A DNA stretch of 64,000 nt, from positions 2,634,765-2,698,764 of the forward strand of contig MU057801.1 in the NCBI GenBank assembly GCA_013265495.1. The letters run 5' to 3'. Positions 49,646 to 61,556 of this stretch are shown here, piece after piece; position 1 is the first letter of the stretch, and every line of letters begins with the position of its first letter. Below the pieces are notes generated by a model. That model was given only the letters and a program-made list of their open reading frames with translations. It did not search any database and was not told where the DNA came from. This stretch comes from Vicugna vicugna (Eukaryota). The translations under genes were made by a program, and so were the position numbers.

Positions 49646-51501
49646 CCCTGGTGAAGGGGGGTTCTCTGGTGAGGGGGTGTCCCTGGTCGGGGTGTACCTG
49701 GTGAGGGGGTTCCCTGGTGAGGGGGGTCCCTGGTGAAGGGGGGTCCCTGGTGAGGGGGGTCCCTGGTGAGGGGGTCCCTGGTGAGGGGGTGTCCCTGGTG
49801 AAGGGGGTCCCTGGTGAAGGGGGGTCCCTGGTGAGGGGGGTCCCTGGTGAGGGGGTCCCTGGTGAGGGGGTGTCCCTGGTGAAGGGGGTCCCTGGTGAAG
49901 GGGGGTCCCTGGTGAGGGGGGTCCCTGGTGAGGGGGTCCCTGGTGAGGGGGTGTCCCTGGTGAAGGGGGTCCCTGGTGAAGGGGGGTCCCTGGTGAGGGG
50001 GGTCCCTGGTGAGGGGGTCCCTGGTGAGGGGGTGTCCCTGGTGAAGGGGGTCCCTGGTGAAGGGGGGTCCCTGGTGAGGGGGGTCCCTGGTGAGGGGGTC
50101 CCTGGTGAGGGGGTGTCCCTGGTGAAGGGGGTCCCTGGTGAAGGGGGGTCCCTGGTGAGGGGGGTCCCTGGTGAGGGGGTCCCTGGTGAGGGGGTGTCCC
50201 TGGTGAAGGGGGTCCCTGGTGAAGGGGGGTCCCTGGTGAGGGGGGTCCCTGGTGAGGGGGTCCCTGGTGAGGGGGTGTCCCTGGTGAAGGGGGTCCCTGG
50301 TGAAGGGGGGTCCCTGGTGAGGGGGGTCCCTGGTGAGGGGGTCCCTGGTGAGGGGGTGTCCCTGGTGAAGGGGGTCCCTGGTGAAGGGGGGTCCCTGGTG
50401 AGGGGGGTCCCTGGTGAGGGGGTCCCTGGTGAGGGGGTGTCCCTGGTGAAGGGGGTCCCTGGTGAAGGGGGGTCCCTGGTGAGGGGGGTCCCTGGTGAGG
50501 GGGTCCCTGGTGAGGGGGTGTCCCTGGTGAAGGGGGTCCCTGGTGAAGGGGGGTCCCTGGTGAGGGGGGTCCCTGGTGAGGGGGTCCCTGGTGAGGGGGT
50601 GTCCCTGGTGAAGGGGGTCCCTGGTGAAGGGGGGTCCCTGGTGAGGGGGGTCCCTGGTGAGGGGGTCCCTGGTGAGGGGGTGTCCCTGGTGAAGGGGGTC
50701 CCTGGTGAAGGGGGGTCCCTGGTGAGGGGGGTCCCTGGTGAGGGGGTCCCTGGTGAGGGGGTGTCCCTGGTGAAGGGGGTCCCTGGTGAAGGGGGGTCCC
50801 TGGTGAGGGGGGTCCCTGGTGAGGGGGTCCCTGGTGAGGGGGTGTCCCTGGTGAAGGGGGTCCCTGGTGAAGGGGGGTCCCTGGTGAGGGGGGTCCCTGG
50901 TGAGGGGGTCCCTGGTGAGGGGGTGTCCCTGGTGAAGGGGGTCCCTGGTGAAGGGGGGTCCCTGGTGAGGGGGGTCCCTGGTGAGGGGGTCCCTGGTGAG
51001 GGGGTGTCCCTGGTGAAGGGGGTCCCTGGTGAAGGGGGGTCCCTGGTGAGGGGGGTCCCTGGTGAGGGGGTCCCTGGTGAGGGGGTGTCCCTGGTGAAGG
51101 GGGTCCCTGGTGAAGGGGGGTCCCTGGTGAGGGGGGTCCCTGGTGAGGGGGTCCCTGGTGAGGGGGTGTCCCTGGTGAAGGGGGTCCCTGGTGAAGGGGG
51201 GTCCCTGGTGAGGGGGGTCCCTGGTGAGGGGGTCCCTGGTGAGGGGGTGTCCCTGGTGAAGGGGGTCCCTGGTGAAGGGGGGTCCCTGGTGAGGGGGGTC
51301 CCTGGTGAGGGGGTCCCTGGTGAGGGGGTGTCCCTGGTGAAGGGGGTCCCTGGTGAAGGGGGGTCCCTGGTGAGGGGGGTCCCTGGTGAAGGGGGTCCCT
51401 GGTGAGGGGGGCCTCTGGTGAGGGGGGCCCCTGGTGAGGGGGTGTCCCTGGTGAAGGGGTGTCCCTGGTGAAGGGATCCCTGGTGAGGGGGGTCCCTGGT
51501 G
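49646..51501. repeat. G-rich minisatellite: 15-17 bp monomers CCCTGGTGA(A)G5-6(TG)T arranged as an 81-bp five-monomer higher-order repeat
   Basis: Monomer lengths 17+16+15+17+16 = 81; period holds from 49728 to 51348 (20 full copies); degenerate monomers at both edges; inside ACSS1 intron 7. Confidence 0.97.
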
Positions 51502-52171
51502 CACACTGAGTACTGCCTGGTCCAAGAAAGTGGCTCTGGTGGTCATGGCCCTCACAGGGTGAGGACCACAGGCCCCGCCCCTAGTGAGGGGGAGGCGCTC
51601 CTCCCCACCTTCTCCCACGGGGCTCAGAGAGTCCCCCTTGTCATCTCAGTCCTGGTTCTTGAGCAACAAATCCCCTGGGGGAGCCCAGGCCTGGCGCCTT
51701 CCACCTTCTGGGACCAGCTCAACTCAAGGTGGCCCTTCTCACCTTTCCTGTCTGCTTCCATGTGACTTGGCGGCACCCATCAGGATTGCAGGGGGGAGAA
51801 CCTTCCATCTCACAACTCCCTCCCTCCCTGGAAACCCCTACAGCGCAAGCAGCACTGAGGGCAGGATGACGATAAGACAGTGCGGGGAACAGCAGGGGCG
51901 GCCTGGCCGGTGAAGTCCCCAGCAGCCCCGGGGAACAGGCTCAGCCTGACCTCCCCGCGCTGGTGAGATTTCCTAAGAAAGATGGAATACGAGCATGTCC
52001 CAGTGCTGAGCCCAACACTTAGAGGCTGCGGGCTCCAGGGAGGAGCCTCCAGGCAGGACACCAGCTTCCTCGTGGCCACAGCCCGGTGTCGAGCGACCTT
52101 CTGTGACGAGGCCGTCCTGAAGCCCCCACTGGCTCTCAGGGCGTGCACAGCCCTCCTGGCCCGCCGCTCAC

Positions 52172-52309
52172 CTGAGCCCAGGGTCCGCAGGGAGGAGCGG
52201 TCGTACTTCTTCACCCAGGAGTCCCCGTACTTGAGCAGCAGCCGGACGGCCGTGGGGGCGCCGTAGAACTGAGTGATCTTCAGCCTCTGCACCGTCTCCC
52301 AGTACCGAC
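52172..52309 (-). CDS. ACSS1: ACSS1 exon 7
   Basis: [46 protein letters not shown]; 138 nt. Confidence 0.96.
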
Positions 52310-52560
52310 CTGAGGACGCCGGGGTGCCCGGTCAGCCTGAGAGTCCGCAGCGCAGCTCCCAGCCAGGGCCGGCCCACGGGGACAGGGCACCGTGTCACAA
52401 GACCGACTCCACACCCACTGCGGGCGGGAGGGTGCCCCACACAGCGCAGCTGCTCCCCACACACCCTGGCCCTGCGCGCTGACCCACGTGCTGACCCTCA
52501 GGACACAGTGGGGACTCACGCCAAAGAGGTGATCCCCCCTCCTCCCTCCTGCGTCCTCAC

Positions 52561-52708
52561 CGGGGTCAGGGTACACTGGAGTGCTCTCAAAAAGGACGCT
52601 GGTGGCTCCATTGCAGAGGGGCCCGTACACCACGTAGCTGTGTCCTGTGATCCAGCCGATGTCGGCCACACAGCCGAAGATGTCGCCTGGACGGTAGTCA
52701 AACACCAG
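52561..52708 (-). CDS. ACSS1: ACSS1 exon 6
   Basis: [49 protein letters not shown]; 148 nt. Confidence 0.97.
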
Positions 52709-53992
52709 CTGCAGGAACGGGAGGAGGGCAGTCAGGGCCTGTCAGCCCCTTCCCTCGCGTCACAGGATGTTCTGGAGCTCCAGGGCGCAGCCACTCCCAC
52801 AGCCACCAAGAGCAAGACGGGGCACAGCAGTCCCAGCAGGGAAGATGGAGTCCCGGTGCACAGCCCAGCTTGCGCGGACGCCAGCACCAGGAGCCAGGCC
52901 CGGCAGGCACCCTGCGGCAGCCCCGGCACGAAGCCCAGCTGTCTGCTGAGATCGCCAGCCCTGGTCCTGGAGCCTAACAATAATTCACGAAGCCGCACGT
53001 TGGACTGGGGGGCTTTCCATGTCTGTGTTCCATTTTGCAAGACATTTTCCAATCTTTGGGTAAGTGGCCAGTCTCCGGCTGCCACAGATGAACGCTGAGG
53101 TTCTCCAAGAATTTCCCACAGCACAGCGGTGTCTCGAATCGGCCAGGGCCTTGTGGAGCCGCGACCCGAGGGGGAACAGGCGCCTTCCAGGGACGACAGC
53201 ACTGGCACTGCAGCAGTGACGCGGGGCGCCCAGTGTGCGAGCCGGCCGCCTCTGCCTCCCGGCACATCCTCATCGACGCCGAGCCTGGCTGACCGACCAG
53301 CACCTCCCACCCCTGCAAAGTGACCCCACCCAGGCCGGTGACTTTGCCGGGACCATGGATGCTCCATGTCCAAGCCCTGCTTGGCTGGGCCTGCGCTTCC
53401 CAGTCACCCGTCCAGTCCGCTCCCCCGGCAGCTGGCACCAGCACGGGCTGACTTCTGCCTTTTGCCAGAGAAGGTCTGGTCCAGGAGCAGCGTCTTAAGA
53501 CCCATTCCCACCTGGGGAGTGTCAGCTACTCCCCAAGGCCACCAAGGGTGCACAGTCAACGAAACACCCACCCCAGCCCGCGTTGAAGTGAGTGCTGACT
53601 CGCAACTGCATATGCTGGAGTGAAACCTAGCTCGTCTGCTTTGTGATTCTGACAGGGTGGCCTCCTGCAACAGTCTTCGTGCACTAAGGCTGTCTCCTCA
53701 TACAAGCGAATCGGTTTTTAAGTTTTCCTTTCCAAACGGAGCCCCAGTGAGCAGAGCCTAGATGCCCTGAAGTGGCAGACGGCGTTTTAACGTGCAACAG
53801 GAATGCGCTGGTCCCTGCGCCACGCCTGCCGTGTGGAAGGGGCCCCGTCCCGCAGAGCAGGCGTGAGGCCCCACGGGAGACGCAGGGCTGGGGCCCAGGC
53901 CCTGACAGCAAGGACAGAGGCGCTGCCCCGCTCCCCGACCCCGCGCCCACCCACTCCCCTCCGCCCGCAGCCCCGCGGGGCGCCGGCCGTAC

Positions 53993-54145
53993 CCGGTGCG
54001 TCAGGGCGGCATACAGCAGGTAGCCCGCCTGCGTGTGCACGAGTCCCTTGGGCTTCCCGGTGCTCCCCGAGGTGTACAGCAGGAAGAGTATGTCCTCGCT
54101 GCCCATGCTCTCCGGGGCGCACACAGGCTCCTCCTTGGCCATTGC
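53993..54145 (-). CDS. ACSS1: ACSS1 exon 5 (AMP-binding signature)
   Basis: [51 protein letters not shown]; 153 nt. Confidence 0.97.
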
Positions 54146-54487
54146 CTGCAAGGAGAAGAGACAGACAGCCCGTCCGGGGCAGTGACCTCGCCGCCCTCAC
54201 CAGGAACACCTCTCCCCAGGGCCGCAGGGCGCGGCAGACCCGGGGCGGACTTCACCTTCTCCAGCCTGCCCAGGTTCCATTCCAAATCAAAGGACTGAGC
54301 CGAGCATTTCTGTCACATTAAGTGTTTCTCTAGGGTTGTGGGCACAGAGGGAAGCCCATGAGATACCACAGGGGAGCCCTGGGCACCTCTGCGGGACCCA
54401 GACCAAGAGCCGCAATGACAAGACCCAGACCCCACGGACCCAAGAACTACCTCCTCCCCTCGCGCTGTACGAGTGTGCCAAACCCAC

Positions 54488-54663
54488 CTGCTCGAGGGGG
54501 ATGTCCAGGTCCCCCATGTGCACCTTGCGGTCCGTCCTGTGGGCCACCATCACGTGCTGGACGCTCGGGCAGTGCTTCACGGCCTCATCCACGATCCTCT
54601 TCAGCTCCAACACGCGCCCGCCCCGCAGCGCCTGGTTGACTGTGATGACCACCTTGCACTTGG
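54488..54663 (-). CDS. ACSS1: ACSS1 exon 4
   Basis: AKCKVVITVNQALRGGRVLELKRIVDEAVKHCPSVQHVMVAHRTDRKVHMGDLDIPLEQ; 176 nt. Confidence 0.95.
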
Positions 54664-56755
54664 CTGTCAACAAACGCGGGTGTGGCTGACGCTTCCTCCC
54701 CAGCGGGCTCTCGGGCCCCAGCCGACAGCCACACATCCAGGCCCAGGGGTGGACGGAGAAGGTCCACCTCCAGCAAAAGAGGCAAGTGTGGTTCTGCCTG
54801 CCCCGCAGCCTTCGTGCTCGGTGCACAGGTCCCAGCCTCTCCCGGCTCTGGGAGGTGCAACTGGAGAGAAGGCACTGGAAGTTCAACGCTTTCAGAATTC
54901 CACTCCCTCCAGCCTGCCCCAGGCCCTCCCAGGTGAGGGGCCAGCCAGACCACCGTCCAGCACGCCCCAGCCAGGGACTGCCGGGAGGGCTCGGGGCCGA
55001 GTTGGGCAGCTGGACAACTGGCCCCTAAGGAAGAGCACGGGACACTTGTCCGGCTGCCGTGCTGCCGCCCACAGCAGCCCTCGGACCTGCGCCGAGCTCT
55101 GCACCGAGGGCTGACGCGGAGCCCCGGTGGGCCAGCTGGGGAACCACCTGCCCCAGCGGCCCTCACCCGACTCCCACCCTCCGGGTCGTCCTCACGCGGG
55201 GCCCCGTCTCCTCCCAGAGCTTTCCCGCAGGTCCGAGCCCTGGGCACCCGCTGCAGACGCTGGCCTGGCTGATTCCCCGCCCGGCCTCACTCCCCACAGC
55301 CCACAGTCTCCGCAAGACCCCCTCCCACGGGGACTGCCTGCACCTGAACTCTCGCCTCGGGGCCGCTGCCAGGGGAGACCCCACCTGAGCCACCCTCTCC
55401 CCCAGCTCCCCGTCTGACACGTGCTTTCTGGAGACACACTCACAGCCTCTTCCCGCCCAGGGCCCTGTGGGCTGCCTGAGAACCCGCCAGCACAGGCCTT
55501 CGCCTGGGCTGAAGAGCTACTCCAACCACCCGGCCGCCAAGGGCAGTGTCCTCAGCCCCGCACGCCAGTCCCCGGCTGCACACACTCTGGGCTCCTCAGA
55601 CCTTGGCCGTCGGTCGCCCTGGGGAAACCAGGTCAGGTGGACAGAGCCTGCCCACAACCCTCCAGGCCTACATCCCGGAGCTGCGACTGTCCAGGGAAAC
55701 GCCTCGTCCGGGAGGAAGGGGGCGGCCCAGCAGATAGAAAGGGACCCCTCTCCAGGGGATGAGAGACAAGGCTCAGGACGCCCTGGAGAAGTAGCGGCCC
55801 TGCCCACCCTGGGGCTGGAGCTCCGGCCTCCGAGGCACAGGCCTCACCCGGTGCCCACCTGTCTGCGGCCTCCCTGCCCGAGTGCGCCCCTCGGGCGGGA
55901 ACCTGGGGCCCAGGACGCCCAGGGACCGGGGGTGCGGGGGAGCAGGGCTCTCTCAGGCCCCAGAGGGACTAAGTCAAATTAAAGGAATGGCCTCCGCACA
56001 TTGCTTAGAATGACGCCTGGCACGTGGTGGGCGCTACAGAGGGAGAGGGAGTGAGAGGGAAGGGAGTGGCAGCACCCCCTGAAGAAGAGGGGAGACGCTG
56101 ACAGGGAGCAGAAAGCCCCAGTCTGCTCTGAAGAGGGTGCTCGGCTGGGGGCTGAGAACTCTGCCCTGAGCTCGGGCGGTCGCCCGAAGGCAGGTCTCCT
56201 GTGAGACACGAAGAACTCCCCAAAGCCCCCAGAACTCGGCCCCCTCCGTGGAGAGCCAGCTCAGAGAACTCTCTAGAATCTCCAGGAGCAGGGGTCAGGC
56301 TGCAAGATCTGAAGCCACCGCTCAGCACTCAGCACTCCGACACCAGGAGGAGCCAGCACGGGTCTGCACACCTGTCCCGGAGGTGGTCCGCCCCTCACTC
56401 CTCAGCACAGAAGCCTTCCCGCGGGTGACCTGGGGGGCCTCCCCGCACCTGCCCAGCCTCGGCGCCCCCTGCCCCGCAGCACACAGCCCCCTCCAGGTCC
56501 CCGCACATCTGTGCTCCCCCCGCCCCTCCGGAACCTACTCCCTCCCCTCCACCTGGGGCCTTCCGGCCTTCTTCGCAAAGCCAAGTCCCACCCACTCAGA
56601 TGGAAGCTCACATGGCACGGGCTCACTCAGCCAGTCTGTCCCCGGCGGTGTCTGTCATGTGTACGTGTGACTGTGAGTAGAGTCTGTGCCACTCGAAGCC
56701 CCTCAAGGCCGGGGGGGCCCAGGTTTCCCCCGCAATCCCAAAGCCCGCTGCTCAC

Positions 56756-56955
56756 CGTCATTGATCCTGCCCGTCAGAGACACTGCACTGAAGCCAGCAA
56801 AGACCACGCTGTGGATGGCTCCGATCCGAGCACAGGCCAGCATCGCCGCCACGCTCAGCGGGGAGGCGGGCATGTAGATGGCCACGCGGTCCCCTCGGCA
56901 GACTCCATGCCTCTTGAGTGTGTTGGCCAGGCGGCACGTGGTCTCCAGCAGTTCC
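56756..56955 (-). CDS. ACSS1: Mitochondrial acetyl-CoA synthetase exon 3 (first coding exon recognised in window; gene 5'-partial)
   Basis: [66 protein letters not shown]; cag|G...G|gtgag; 200 nt. Confidence 0.96.
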
Positions 56956-59900
56956 CTGGGCACAAGGAAGGGGGGTCAGTCAGGGCCGAGGAGGGCCAGA
57001 GCACAGGGCAGTTTGGGTGGAAGAATTCTGCAAACTGTAGCCCAGGCCCACCAGCCTGGAGGGGAACAGCCACTCCAGCACCTGCTGCGTGGAAGGCTCT
57101 TTCCAGAAAGCAGGCTGCCACCCACACAGACTCGCAGCCATACTGCCAACGGAAACCAAGGGTCCTGCGTCCAGTGAAAGCAGGGCTCCTGCCCTAGGCT
57201 CTGGACACACCTGCCCTCAGAGGCCACTGGCCTCAGTGAGGCCCAGTCTTCTGGGTAAGCGCAGGTCTTGTGGGACAGGGGACCCCAACTCTGCGGAGCC
57301 GCAGTGGTTTGGGGAGCAGGGCCGGGGTGGTGGGAGGCCTGTGTTCTCCGCCAGCGCCGAAAGTGCGGGGGGCCTGAGACAACCCGGCCCCCACCTCTCG
57401 CGCCCTCGAGGCCCCTGCCTCCACACCCGGGCTGATCGCGAGGCTCGGTCCGCCAACCTGAGCGCAGTATCCTCCTGAACAAGCTGACCGGATTGGGAGG
57501 CAGTGACCCAACTCAGCCCACGCGGAGAGGGTGACAGTCAGCTCTGGAAACCAGGGACCTGGAGCAGAACCAGAAGAGGCAGAAAGCTGCCGGAGGGCAG
57601 AACACTAAGTTCAGCTCAGTCCTCACGTGGTCAGGTTCAACCCAGCTTGGCACATGATCAGCCACTCCCCATTTTCGCTGTGTGTTTTTTACTGTATTTG
57701 TTATTTAACAGAAAGAGCTGGTAACAAGGGCAGAGTGAGGCTGCCCCATCTGCGTGGATCCTCCCGCTGGCCAAGCCCACAGAAAGGGAAGGGGCAGCCG
57801 GGCAAGGGCCTCCAGGAAACAGAGCTGGGACTGGAGCTGGGGGCTGGAGCTGGGGGTGTTGTGGAGCTGGGGGCTGGAGCAGAGGGTGGAGGAGACAAGA
57901 CCAGAGCAGATCACTGCTGTGTCAGCAGGACCCGAGGGGCCTTACCTGACAGACCCCCTGCTTTCCCTCCCCTCTGAAGCACCGGGTAACAGGGTCTGAT
58001 GCTGAAACCCCACCAAGTGGAAGAAGTAAATTCCTTGATGACCATGAGCACACAGCCCCCAGACCCAGGAAGCCTGGGCTGGATACTGGTGACCTGCGAC
58101 ACCGCCCTGTTAGCTCACATCAGCCACTCAGAGAACAGCGCACGAGGGGCCACAAGCCCTGGTCTCCCCTCCCTCGTGTGGCCTTGAAAGATGCTTTGCT
58201 GAAACCCCTCATGGAGTCTGGACGAGCTGCCCTGGACTCCTTGTCTGGCGCCTGCGATGGACGCTGCACTCTCCTTCCTCACAGCCCCGCACCAGCAGGC
58301 TGGCTTCACTGCGCACTCGGGTGGCAAGCAGACCCGAGTTTGGCTCAGTGACGGGGCGCAGCCTGGGCTCCACACAGACTCCTGCCTGGCAGGCACCGCG
58401 CCGCTCCAGCGGGACCCCATCTTTCTCCTTATGGCTTTCAGGAGGACCAAGGTGCTGCTCACTGCTGCCCCGTCTGGGGCCCACTCGGGGCCCCGGCAGA
58501 CGTCCAGTAGGGGTCATCTTCACCATCAGATGTCTTTGTTTGAAATTATTTTCTAAAATTACTAAAATCAGCTGGCTCACTTTGGTGGATTCCTAAGATG
58601 TTTAACATTCGGTTCCAGGCGCCATGGGGGTGAATAGGGCATCAGACAAAAGAAACGAGAGGGAAAGGGTCCCCCTGTGGCACAGCTCCCCGGAGTGAAG
58701 GCACAGCAGAGTGTGAAGGGCGCTTCTCACCTCAGCTTGGTGCCGAGTGGCTGAGGGCAGCAGGGGAACTTCCTGGAAAGGCTGGCTGTGGGGGGAAGGA
58801 GCAAGGCTGCAAAGGGAAAGGGGCTCCCTTCAGGGGCAGTAGGTGCCTGGTGGTCAGAGCTGGGCAGCTGGCCCAGAGCCCTGGGAAGGTCTGGAGAGCA
58901 AGCTGCAGTAGCCTGTGTGTTTCCTGCCATGTCAATTTTAAACGCCCGACACAGGCGGCCCACACTCCACGTGAGGTCACTAGCCGGTCGGCCAGTCCCA
59001 CCTATGGAAGGGGACGCTAACCAGAGCTTCCCGGCACCACAGTCAGGGAGTTCATTTTTTAAATCCAGACTTTCCGGACTATCCATTTGTCTCCATTTAA
59101 TTCTACCGCAACTTCTACACATCTTTCCACCGAACCCATTATTTTTTTAAACTTGGATTTATCATTTTAAGCCTTTGCTTCTCATGAGCAATCTCCTCCA
59201 GACTGGAAAATAAGGTCAGCAAACCTAGGTCTTTAAATCACTGAAAAGTTAGTGTTCTTCAAGTGATCCAAATACTGCAAGTTCTCAAAAACTGTTCAAA
59301 AGCTGTTCTTGGGTATTTGTGACTTCTCAGACTTCCACAAACTGAAATGCTGTTTCTGCACCAAAAAGATAATTCAGCCCCTCAGTGGCCAGTACCCTGG
59401 GCTGTTGCCACCGGAAACACTGGCTTCCTCCTTGCCTGCAGAGTCTTTCCGAGAGACAGCGACATGCAGCGCTCTAAGAAACGAGCTCAGCAAAGCAAGC
59501 AGAGCTCTGTCGTCAAGCGCAGAGAAAGTCTATTTGCTACTCGGGCTCAGAGCAAGATATCTACTTTTGTCTGCAGTGTGGACCACTCAGGGCCAAGCCT
59601 TCCACGTGCATGCGTGCAAACAACCGGCACAGATACACAGACTGGCCCCGTGTGTATTCATGGTGCTGAACACCAGCAAAACGCTGCCTGGCCTCAGGAC
59701 AAAGGAGACGTCTACAGCCAACCCTTAGGTCCAGCTGGGAACCACGTCAACCCAGTGCTAATCCGACCATAAGTGTGTGAACCAACTTGACTCCCGCCCG
59801 AGCTCAGACAAAAGAAAGGCACCTCTGCCCAGCTCGGTCCAAAACAGGACACATCTGGAAACAGAGTTCAGAAGAGACAGGAAGAAATACACTGTGCTTT

Positions 59901-59970
59901 TATTTATCTGTCTTCCAATCAAAGCTGTTTTTCCATGGTTACTATTGAAAGTAAGTAAAGTAAGATGAGC

Positions 59971-59999
59971 CGTGTGTGTGTGTGTGTGCGCGCGCGCGT
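59971..59999. repeat. Compound (GT)n(GC)n microsatellite
   Basis: cgtgtgtgtgtgtgtgtgcgcgcgcgcgt. Confidence 0.85.
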
Positions 60000-61289
60000 T
60001 GCTGCATTTAAGGAACAAATCGGGAACACACGACTTGTGTCCTTGCCACAATTGCTCTGACTCGCGGTGCTCACTGAACAGACACCGGCCAAGAGACCCC
60101 TCCCCCCAGCCCATCTGCCCAGTGAGAACCAGCTCTACTCAGGCGGGGACTGGGGCTTGTCCACTGCCTTCCTCCCAGGGTCTAGACCTCCGAGCTCAGA
60201 GGAGGTGCACAGCAAACATCTTGAATGGCAGGAACAGCTGGGCAGTGAGAAGGGACAAGAGCGCACAGGCACAGGGTGACCGGAGCCTCACCATGGGCGC
60301 CTGTCCACTCCGCACACACCTGCCGGCTTCCTGCAGCCGAGGGAGGGTCACACGGGCAGGAGATGTTGGGCCCTTCCAGAGAGCAATGGGCAGGGCCGCC
60401 CCACTCACAGGCCAACCCCAGCTACTGTCCTCTTCGCTTCATTCTGCCGATCAGGGAGGGAATCCAGGGCATCGCGTGGGTGTGAGGGTGGAAGGCCTGG
60501 GTGCCAAGCGGCGGGCAGGGTCAATGCCACGGTCCAGGCACAGGACTGGACAGGACACATCGTCCCTGGGCAGACTCCTCCAGACTCGGGTATTCTCTTC
60601 GGTGAGCCGTTTCTGGACGACGGAGACGGTGAGAGAAGAATGGATCTGCTTTCAGGAAGCGGGACCCGGCCAGAGGGACCCCTTCTCCAGGGAAGGCAGA
60701 GGGCAGGTGGGGCTCGCTGAGGGCCGGCAGGCTCGGGACCCAACGCTTCCATCCTGGCCGATGCCTCTGGCCCAAATATTACTGCAGCTGCTAAATCTGG
60801 TCTGAGGCGAGGACACCTGCTCACGCGCCTACGAACTGCCTCCAGGACAGACGCCCAGGAAATTCAGCTGAGCGGGCTCACAACCCAAGTATGAAATTCC
60901 TCCCACGTCACGACCGGGTCTCGTGACCATGGCTCTGAGCAGAGAGAAGCTGCCGGGACCCAGAAAGCAGGAGCCACACAGCAACACGAAGACGCTCAAG
61001 CTGCCATGGCCCAGAGGGCCCCGGACACACTGTGGGTTCCCAGGAAACCAGCAGAGCGCCGCTGCTGACGACAAGTCAGCGGGTGAACCTGGCATCACTG
61101 GGGCGCACGTTCTCTGTGCTCCTCACAGAAGACAAGGCGTTACCACGCTGTGGGACGCCCTGGAAAGCTCTGGACTCGCGAGTGGGTGCTTCCATGAACG
61201 CGATCTGACCCCCCCACACACCTCCAGGCCTTGCTGTCCCAAGCACAGAATGGCCGAACGGCCGGACACCAGCAAGGTGGCTGGAAGGA

Positions 61290-61556
61290 CTCCTGTGCTC
61301 CAAATGTCTGCGGAACCCTGACCCCAAAGATGACAGCAGTAGGACGTGGGGCCTCTGGGAGGTGATCTGGGCACGAGGGCGGAGCCCCCTGAGGGGGTCG
61401 GCCACCCCAGAGTGCCCCCTTCCTCCCAGCTGTGAGGACACAGATAGAAGGCGTGGTCAGGAGGAGGGCCTCCCCCGCAGGGGACCATGCTGGCACCTTG
61501 GCCGTGGACTTCCAGCCTCCGCAGCCGTGAAACACATTTCTGTGGTTTACAAGCCG
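61290..61556 (+). mobile_element. MLT1 (MaLR) solo LTR
   Basis: gtggggcctctgggaggtgat...tgtgaggacacag...ccatgctggcaccttg...tggacttccagcctcc...atttctgtggtttacaagcc. Confidence 0.75.

Noticed and set aside
49646..51501. CRISPR-like or telomeric array
   Set aside because: No unique spacers and no TTAGGG units; eukaryotic intron context
49578..51618. Long ORFs of 642, 678 and 562 aa with collagen-, mucin- or CTD-like repeats
   Set aside because: By-product of an 81-bp (multiple of 3) repeat poor in stop codons; open on both strands, intronic, with no promoter or exon evidence
57822..57880. GAGCT/GGGGCT switch-region-like repeats
   Set aside because: Only about 60 bp; too short to imply function
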